From an uncultured Christensenella sp. (GTDB lineage Bacteria > Bacillota > Clostridia > Christensenellales > UBA1242), in contig CASDOR010000029.1 of the NCBI GenBank assembly GCA_949282135.1, forward strand, positions 9,685 through 73,684: DNA of 64,000 bases, written 5' to 3'. Below the pieces are notes generated by a model, which was given only the letters and a program-made list of their open reading frames with translations, did not search any database and was not told the origin of the DNA. Shown piece by piece: positions 57,556-64,000 of this stretch. The position numbers and the translations under genes were made by a program. The stretch's first letter is position 1. Each line of letters starts with the position of its first letter.

Positions 57556-59238
57556 TTATTCCTCTCTTTCTTTAAGTAATTTTATCACTTTATCAAACCT
57601 TTTTGCAATTTCTTTTTTACCAAGTAATGATGAAATGAAGTAAAGATCTGGGGTATTCTTTCTTGTAGTAATAGCAACTCTTATAATACTACTCATATCA
57701 GCAACACTTCCCTTGTAATTTTCAGGACTCAGTCTATACTCTTTCATATTACTACAAAAATTATATTTTGGACACAAATCACGAATTTTCCTAAACCACT
57801 CATCTTTGTCATCATTGTCACTATATAGCTCTTTATATTCCTTTAAAATACTTATGATATCTTGCTTTTCAAATTTACTATCAAATTCATAATCCTCTAA
57901 TTTTTTATTATCAAGAGAAAAGAACATATAATCGTAAAGTGAACTTACATCGCTCCATTTTGCAATATCTTTTCGCACATTCTTGCCTGTTCTATCAATA
58001 CTAAAAAGCTTTATGGCAAAATCTTTTTTGCTTACTAAAATTTCATAAAAATCTTTATCATAATCTAAAGCCCAACTTAGCACTCTATTATAAATCTCTT
58101 CACCGCTAAATTGACTTATAACCTCTTTTGAAAAATCATTTAGTTTTTGGAAGTCAAACATTGGATTATTCGAACCAATTTTAGAGACCTTAAAAGGAAA
58201 CTCATAAAAAGATTTTTCTTTATTTGCCCGTCTCCAATCTTCAAAATCACTATTTATTAGGTTAAGAAGATATTCCATAACACTACTTACAGGATACCCC
58301 TGTTCAATAAAATACCTTGCGTCTGCCTCTTTGTCTTTTCTTTTGCTCAGTTTTCTTTTGTTTCCATCCTCATCCATTTTACAAACAACTGGGGTATGAG
58401 CATACTTTGGTGGAGTAAGGTTTAATGCACTAAAAAGTTCAAGGTGACTTGCAAGGGATGGATACCACTCTTCTCCCCTTACAACTAAAGTCGTACCCAT
58501 AAGTGTATCATCAACTACATGTGCAAGTGAATAAGGTGGAGTAAAGTCACTTTTTAGTATTACAATATCTTTTGTGTTTTCCCTAATTTCTCTTTTCCCT
58601 TTTATTTCATCTTTAAAACTGAAAGTCTTATTCTCATCTCCCATGGACCTTAATCTTATTGCAAATGGCTTGCTTTCTAAGACATTTCTTTCTATTTCTT
58701 CAAAACTTAAGTCTCTACACTTATCCTTTTCTTCAATATCGTGAGTAGAACTAAGAGACTCCTCTCTTCGTTTTTCTATCTCTTCTTTACTCTGAGCACT
58801 CCTACAAAAACAAGGATAAGCCCTTCCAATACTAACTAAGTACTTTGCAAACGCAATATAAATTTTTTTTCTCTCACTTTGAATATAAGGGCCATAGCTT
58901 CCCACTTCTTTTTTTTCTGTTCCTGCGTAACCTTCATCTGGTTTTAAGCCAAAAACACTTAGCATGTCATAAGCTTTGTCACCTGCGTTCTCAACTTCCC
59001 TTTTACTATCTGTATCTTCAAGTCTCATGTAGAAAATGCCGTTTGAATGATATGCAATAAGTTTATCTATAAAAGCACCATAAACAGACCCAATGTGCAA
59101 GTATCCAGTTGGACTTGGGGCAATACGCACAACTTCAGCATCTTTTGGCAATATTCTCTTTGGATATGCCTCAAAACACTCCTTAATTGTTAAATCATAA
59201 TCTTTAAATAATAAGTTTGCTAATTTTATATAATCCAT
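57556..59238 (-). CDS. gltX: Glutamate--tRNA ligase (long form, 560 aa)
   Basis: The class I aaRS motifs are RIAPSPTGYLHIGS (HIGH-type), MRLEDTD and KLSKRK (KMSKS-type). SD AGGTG precedes the ATG. Confidence 0.8.
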   Translation of the reverse strand: MDYIKLANLLFKDYDLTIKECFEAYPKRILPKDAEVVRIAPSPTGYLHIGSVYGAFIDKLIAYHSNGIFYMRLEDTDSKREVENAGDKAYDMLSVFGLKPDEGYAGTEKKEVGSYGPYIQSERKKIYIAFAKYLVSIGRAYPCFCRSAQSKEEIEKRREESLSSTHDIEEKDKCRDLSFEEIERNVLESKPFAIRLRSMGDENKTFSFKDEIKGKREIRENTKDIVILKSDFTPPYSLAHVVDDTLMGTTLVVRGEEWYPSLASHLELFSALNLTPPKYAHTPVVCKMDEDGNKRKLSKRKDKEADARYFIEQGYPVSSVMEYLLNLINSDFEDWRRANKEKSFYEFPFKVSKIGSNNPMFDFQKLNDFSKEVISQFSGEEIYNRVLSWALDYDKDFYEILVSKKDFAIKLFSIDRTGKNVRKDIAKWSDVSSLYDYMFFSLDNKKLEDYEFDSKFEKQDIISILKEYKELYSDNDDKDEWFRKIRDLCPKYNFCSNMKEYRLSPENYKGSVADMSSIIRVAITTRKNTPDLYFISSLLGKKEIAKRFDKVIKLLKEREE

Positions 59239-59353
59239 TTTTTACACCTATTTTATCACTAGTTTCGCTATTTTTTTAAAATAATAATTTTTATTATAAT
59301 TTTAAACAAAAAACAAATTACAATAAAGTCTTATGTAAATTTGATTTAAACAC

Positions 59354-60388
59354 TTAGCTTAAGTTAATTAATATTTTATCCATTGCCTCAATAAATCCGG
59401 CATATCTTCCAGAAATAAAATTATCAATAATATTAAAAGAAGACTTTTCAAGCATACTACAGCTATCCACATAAGCTTCTTTATTTGTTGCATTAAAATA
59501 TTCTAACAAATTAATATTTCCTAATGCCTCTAAATATAAATCGTACTCATGTTCATAACTAGTCATCTCAGCCTGAACACTTTTAAGTGCATTTAAAATC
59601 GTACTTACTTCGCTACTAGTCAGCCCTCCGACTAAATTTGTTCTATTTAAAACCTCTATAATTTGCGAACTAGAATTTACAAAATCTCCAAGCACCACAG
59701 TACCATTAAACCAAGCATTAATTTCTCCATAAGGGTTACTAGGCACAAAATTTTCCATCTCATACTTAAAAGAAACTTTTGATATAGAACAAAGTTCGTA
59801 CCACAAAAAGTCTTTCAAACTACCATCATGAAGCTCCGTTTCATTTTTAAAATCGGTATAGTAATAGGAAAAATAATATTTAGAAAAGTCATCATTTAAG
59901 TTATATAAATTATTTATCAAGTCATTTAAACTATTAATTGTCTCTTGATAGTAAAGTTTACCGCCGCTATTTTCAAAAACAGTCTTAGCCTTTTTAAATG
60001 CGTCAAGAGCAAGTTTTACTTTATTTAAACCATTATATACACTATTGATTTCTTCTTGATTAAAAGACTGTATAGCATAAACAAGTGTAGGTCTTTCTTG
60101 TCTTGCCGCCACCCCAAAAATGAGCCCTGAGCTGGAAATCACATAAGGACTATAACAGCGTGAAAAAATGTATGATTTATCAAGCGTTTCATCCTCACCT
60201 TCCCCAACAACTTTATCCATATCAATACTAACATCTAACATATAATTATCTAGTCCATAGTCAGTCATGATACTTTGGTAGAGATTTTCAACATCTTCTT
60301 TTGAATAATTAGGCTCGTTACACGCACTAAAAAAGAATATACTAAAAGAAAACAAGCAAACAAAAAGCATTATAAACTTCTTTTTCAC
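59354..60388 (-). CDS. Hypothetical lipoprotein (344 aa)
   Basis: The signal peptide plus lipobox is MKKKFIMLFVCLFSFSIFFFSAC. The start is GTG with the strong SD AAGGAGGAG. I recognised no family. Confidence 0.7.
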   Translation of the reverse strand: MKKKFIMLFVCLFSFSIFFFSACNEPNYSKEDVENLYQSIMTDYGLDNYMLDVSIDMDKVVGEGEDETLDKSYIFSRCYSPYVISSSGLIFGVAARQERPTLVYAIQSFNQEEINSVYNGLNKVKLALDAFKKAKTVFENSGGKLYYQETINSLNDLINNLYNLNDDFSKYYFSYYYTDFKNETELHDGSLKDFLWYELCSISKVSFKYEMENFVPSNPYGEINAWFNGTVVLGDFVNSSSQIIEVLNRTNLVGGLTSSEVSTILNALKSVQAEMTSYEHEYDLYLEALGNINLLEYFNATNKEAYVDSCSMLEKSSFNIIDNFISGRYAGFIEAMDKILINLS

Positions 60389-60405
60389 AACTCTCCTCCT
60401 TCATC

Positions 60406-61347
60406 TCATGACAAAAAATAACTATCAAAAAATGCCTTTGCATTTTCCGCTCTTACTCTTAGAGTTCCATAAAGATTTTCGACATAACCTTCAAAATTTG
60501 ATGCAAAGCTATATATATTTAATTGGTTCAAATCATCTACAAATTGCCTTAATGTCTCATTTAACATTATATCTTTATTAGAAAACTGCGTACAAGTCCT
60601 AAGATAATCATAATAATCGTCTACTTTTTGACAGCTTGAAATTTCAAGCCTGCTTTCACTATCATCTGGGCTATATTGTTTGTAGCCATTTTGGAAAACT
60701 TCTAAAATTCCACCGCTTGCAAGTCCTGATTTTAATAAATAAGTTTGAGAGTTATATGACAAAACAAGGTCAAAATTTTCTTGCAAAACCTCAACTATGT
60801 TCTTAAGCAAAGTATACTCAGTGTTAAATAGAAGCACATAGTTTTCAACTAATTCTTCCTCACTTCCCTTTACTCTCGCAGTTGCAAATTCACCCCAGCC
60901 TTGTTCCTCAGCGGCTTTATACTCTAAAAGATAATTATTATACAAATTCCTTACATTCGTCACTTCAACTGACACACTATCAAAACTCTTAATTATCTTG
61001 TCTTGCTCACCTCTTGTAATATCACCATCTGAAGATAAATAATCTAAAAAATAGTCTATTCCACGACTTGTCTCCAGCACCGCACTCCCAATAAAACTTG
61101 TATACTCATTGTTTAAAATGCCAGGCCCTAGTTTAACATTATCATCAATATCACTAACAAGGACTTCTATCTCAAGGTTTTCTTTATTTGTAGACACATA
61201 ATTGTATGCCTCAAACGCAATATTTCTGCTGTTTATAATTGCTACCGTCACAAAAACCATAATGCCAACAAATGACACTACCATAATAATTTTTAGTAAT
61301 GCAGAAAGAAATTTACTCATACAAGTATATTTTATCATTAATAACAC
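60406..61347 (-). CDS. Hypothetical N-terminally membrane-anchored protein (~305-313 aa)
   Basis: It has one TM segment (LKIIMVVSFVGIMVFVTVAII) followed by a helical-looking ectodomain. The stop is TGA. The start is uncertain (GTG at 61347 or ATG at 61320). Confidence 0.6.
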   Translation of the reverse strand: MLLMIKYTCMSKFLSALLKIIMVVSFVGIMVFVTVAIINSRNIAFEAYNYVSTNKENLEIEVLVSDIDDNVKLGPGILNNEYTSFIGSAVLETSRGIDYFLDYLSSDGDITRGEQDKIIKSFDSVSVEVTNVRNLYNNYLLEYKAAEEQGWGEFATARVKGSEEELVENYVLLFNTEYTLLKNIVEVLQENFDLVLSYNSQTYLLKSGLASGGILEVFQNGYKQYSPDDSESRLEISSCQKVDDYYDYLRTCTQFSNKDIMLNETLRQFVDDLNQLNIYSFASNFEGYVENLYGTLRVRAENAKAFFDSYFLS

Positions 61348-61552
61348 GACGTGTCAAATATTGTTAAGTTTAGATTAATTTTTTTCTAACAAGTCTCAAA
61401 ATAGATTTTAATGTCCTAAAATATTATATCATAAACTTAGATGATTTACTAAAAAATAACTTTAGATTACAATTTTAAAGTTTTAGTCTTTAAAATTTTA
61501 TGCTAAATTTAAAAAATTTTAATAAAAACATTTTTTTCAAATCAAACAATTT

Positions 61553-61560
61553 GATATAAT
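61553..61560 (+). promoter_or_regulatory. Extended -10 promoter element (TGATATAAT) for rmuC
   Basis: Plus-strand ttgatataat lies at 61551-61560. SD AGAGGA is at 61569-61574, and the ATG is at 61580. No good -35 element is present. Confidence 0.4.
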
Positions 61561-61579
61561 GTCTTCTAAAGAGGAAAAA

Positions 61580-62893
61580 ATGAGTTTAAGTGAAATTTTA
61601 TTATTCGCCATTTTTGGCATAGCTATTATTAGTTTAATATTTATTGTAATTTTGACTATAAAAAAGAGGTCTCAAAATATAGACCTTAATTCGATTATCA
61701 GCGAAATAAAAAGACAAAATGAATATTTAGAAAAAACAATGAAAAATCTTTTTGAAAGTCTTTTTTCGTCTACAAAGCAACTAAACGAATTTGTTTTAAC
61801 CGCAGTAAAAAACTACAACGAAAGTGTATCTAATTTCTTGGCCGAGTTACAACGCACGCAAGCACAACAATTAAATAGTATTGAAAGTAGGCTAAACGAG
61901 ATTCTAAAAGAAAATGACGGAAAACTCAACAGAATTGCAGATATCATTTCTGAAAATCTAAAAAGCTTACAAGACAGGAATGAAAGAAAACTAGAGCAAA
62001 TGCGTCAAACAGTTGATGAAAAATTATCTTCAACTTTGGAACGAAGACTTGGAGAATCTGTTAAAATAATAACTCAAGGACTAGACACAGTGTCAAAAGG
62101 ACTTGGTGAGATGCAAAGTTTGGCAACTGGTGTAGGCGACCTAAAAAGAGTACTTACAAACGTCAAAACTAGAGGTGGCTGGGGCGAAGTACAACTTTCT
62201 AGTCTTCTCGACCAAATCTTATCAAAATCTCAGTACAAAGAACAAGTAACTATAAAGAAAAATTCTAATGAAAAAGTTGACTTTGCGGTTATTCTCCCTG
62301 GCAAAGGTGAAAGCGAACTACTTTTACCAATAGATGCGAAATTCCCACTTGAAGACTACTCTAGACTTTTAAGTGCAATAGAACAAAATAATATTAGTGA
62401 GATTGAAGCTCAAACTAAAAATCTAGAAAACAGAATAAAAGAGGAAGCACGTGCAATTTCAACAAAATACATTGACCCACCACTAACAACTGACTTTGCT
62501 GTGATGTATCTACCAATAGAAGGGCTCTATGCGGAAGTCATCCGTAGGCCTGCCCTACTTGACATGCTCCAACATAAATATAAGATAATGGTCTGCGGTC
62601 CAACTACCCTTACCGCGCTATTAAATAGTCTTCAAATGGGCTTTAAAACACTTGCAATTGAAAAACGTAGCAGTGAGATTTGGAACACATTAAGTGTGTT
62701 TAAGTCAGAGTTTACAAAATTTGTTGATCTTTTGTCAAAAACTCAAAAGAAAATTGACGAGGCGAGTTCCACCCTTGATTACGCCACAAAGAAAACTAAA
62801 ACTATTGAACGCAAATTAAAAGATGTCGCTGACATCGATTCGTCAAGTGTGTCCGGTGAAGATGGTGGTCAAATAGACTTCTTCGGCGAATAA
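61580..62893 (+). CDS. rmuC: DNA recombination protein RmuC
   Basis: It has an N-terminal TM segment, a coiled-coil region, then TRGGWGEVQLSSLLDQIL...DFAVILPG...LPIDAKFPLEDY (RmuC nuclease-like core). I prefer the ATG at 61580 because the track's ATG at 61559 sits inside the -10 element. Confidence 0.85.
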   Translation: MSLSEILLFAIFGIAIISLIFIVILTIKKRSQNIDLNSIISEIKRQNEYLEKTMKNLFESLFSSTKQLNEFVLTAVKNYNESVSNFLAELQRTQAQQLNSIESRLNEILKENDGKLNRIADIISENLKSLQDRNERKLEQMRQTVDEKLSSTLERRLGESVKIITQGLDTVSKGLGEMQSLATGVGDLKRVLTNVKTRGGWGEVQLSSLLDQILSKSQYKEQVTIKKNSNEKVDFAVILPGKGESELLLPIDAKFPLEDYSRLLSAIEQNNISEIEAQTKNLENRIKEEARAISTKYIDPPLTTDFAVMYLPIEGLYAEVIRRPALLDMLQHKYKIMVCGPTTLTALLNSLQMGFKTLAIEKRSSEIWNTLSVFKSEFTKFVDLLSKTQKKIDEASSTLDYATKKTKTIERKLKDVADIDSSSVSGEDGGQIDFFGE

Positions 62894-62997
62894 AATTATA
62901 AATTAAGCTTAAAGATTACTTTTTAAAGAGTTAAAAAGGTTATAAATAATCTAAAATTTATTTGAGTAGTTTCTATTTATTTACCCATACTAAAAGT

Positions 62998-64000
62998 ATG
63001 GAAAAAAAGAAAGTAGTAAAACAAATTAAAAATGTAACAATTATTTTTATCTTGTGTTTTTGCTTACCTTTAATAACTTTTTTTGCAATTAACTATTATT
63101 TAACTCGAAAAGATGTGATTTTTGAAAAGGGGTTTACCTTATGTGGTGTAGACGTTTCAAATCTCACACTTGAAGAAGCAAAAGAAAAGATAGAAAATGA
63201 GCTTAAAGAAAAGGAAAACATTTCTTTAACTTTGACTTTCCAAAATAAATCTTGGCATTTTAGCGAAACAGACTTTGAAGTCCACTCAAATGTACATATT
63301 GTTCTTGAAGAACTTGACAAAGCCAATAGAAAAAGTAATGTTGATAAATCCAGACTAATTAGAAGAATCAAATCAATGGGTTTTGACAGCAAAGTAGCGA
63401 CAAATTACGTATTCATGGGTTTTGATAAAAAAATTGATGAAATAGCAGAAGCTGTTAATCTAGAACCAGTAAGTGCCAGTGCAAAGTATAACTTTAACAC
63501 AAACTCTTTTGACATTACCGATGACACCTCAGGAATCATTATTGACAAAGAAAAACTGTACGATGACATAGTAGGTAACCTTAAAACTTCAAATACTATT
63601 AGTCTTGAAATTGCAACTAAAGATGTTCCGGCTGAATTTTCGACTGATGACATAAAAAAAGCAACAAAAAAACAAGGCGAGTTTTCAACCTCTTATGCTT
63701 CTTCAAATGCAAGTAGAAAAAATAATATTAAAATTGCGGTAAATTCGCTAAATAACTTAGTCATTAAACCAAATGAAACCTTTTCCTTTAACAACACCCT
63801 CGGCAAGAGAACCAAAAACAAAGGTTATAAAGAAGCTAATATTATAAAAGATGGCAATTTTGTAAAAGGTGTAGGAGGTGGAATTTGTCAAGTGTCAACA
63901 ACACTTTATAATGCCCTATTATTAAGTAACATTGAAGTAACAGAATCTCACAAACATACACTCCCTGTATCATACGTAAAACCAGGACTTGACGCGATGG
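62998..64000 (+). CDS. VanW-family protein (3'-truncated by the window edge)
   Basis: My translation reads MEKKKVVKQIKNVTIIFILCFCLPLITFF... (TM anchor) ...ETFSFNNTLGKRTKNKGYKEANIIKDGNFVKGVGGGICQVSTTLYNALLLSNIEVTESHKHTLPVSYVKPGLDAM, which is the VanW core signature GGGICQVSTTLYNA. The ORF is not in the track because it runs off the edge. Confidence 0.8.
   Translation, partial: MEKKKVVKQIKNVTIIFILCFCLPLITFFAINYYLTRKDVIFEKGFTLCGVDVSNLTLEEAKEKIENELKEKENISLTLTFQNKSWHFSETDFEVHSNVHIVLEELDKANRKSNVDKSRLIRRIKSMGFDSKVATNYVFMGFDKKIDEIAEAVNLEPVSASAKYNFNTNSFDITDDTSGIIIDKEKLYDDIVGNLKTSNTISLEIATKDVPAEFSTDDIKKATKKQGEFSTSYASSNASRKNNIKIAVNSLNNLVIKPNETFSFNNTLGKRTKNKGYKEANIIKDGNFVKGVGGGICQVSTTLYNALLLSNIEVTESHKHTLPVSYVKPGLDAM

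Noticed and set aside
63096-63653. Two minus-strand ORFs (98 aa and 82 aa) listed in the track.
   Set aside because: They are antisense to the much better supported vanW-like CDS (GGGICQVSTTLYNA signature), which starts at 62998 on the plus strand.
1-64000. An alternative genetic code (UGA = Trp, as in Mollicutes), suggested by the low GC content and abundance of lipoproteins.
   Set aside because: TGA terminates the 7,747-aa ORF (15965-15967) and the 60406-61347 gene. Trp is encoded by TGG. All conserved genes are intact under the standard code.
1-64000. The giant-gene region could be a mobile or horizontally acquired island.
   Set aside because: I saw no integrase, transposase, flanking tRNA, direct repeats or obvious compositional break. 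The flanking synteny (spoIIID, pth-mfd) is ordinary core chromosome. I cannot exclude this without quantitative composition analysis.

Overview
This is a low-GC (about 30% by eye) Bacillota/Firmicutes-type chromosomal segment using the standard genetic code: TGA terminates the largest ORF and Trp is TGG. 22 of 24 genes lie on the minus strand.

Giant genes. The left 61% of the window (nt 1-39208) is occupied by two tandem giant genes.
- Giant A (15965-39208) encodes 7,747 aa.
- Giant B starts at 15792 and is still open at nt 1, so it is at least 5,264 codons. It is absent from the supplied ORF track, apparently because it has no in-window stop.
- Both begin with a lipoprotein signal peptide (lipobox Cys followed by N-[E]-D-R-[YF]-A-x-L-R).
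- Both continue with Ig-like (Big_2-type) regions and then alternate beta-sandwich-like spacers with arrays of GG[ILV][IVA]G (GLUG-type, beta-helix-like) repeats.
- I saw no catalytic signature, C-terminal wall/membrane anchor, or dedicated secretion/sortase genes.

Right-hand 25 kb. This is a conserved sporulation/housekeeping/envelope neighbourhood. In minus-strand order it contains: two unknown envelope proteins, gltX, a small membrane protein, an M1 peptidase lipoprotein, a WalJ-like MBL hydrolase, two CPBP proteases, rlmH, an M14 peptidase, tadA, a truncated GlmU-like protein, pth, mfd, a PrsA-like foldase, a flippase-like membrane protein, an unknown secreted protein, a SpoIIQ-like M23 peptidase, an orphan acpP, and spoIIID. 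On the plus strand are rmuC and a partial vanW-like gene.

I recognised no rRNA, tRNA, CRISPR array, transposase or integrase. All calls come from reading translations and motifs by eye. No database search was run, and repeat-array boundaries are approximate (about +/-100 nt).
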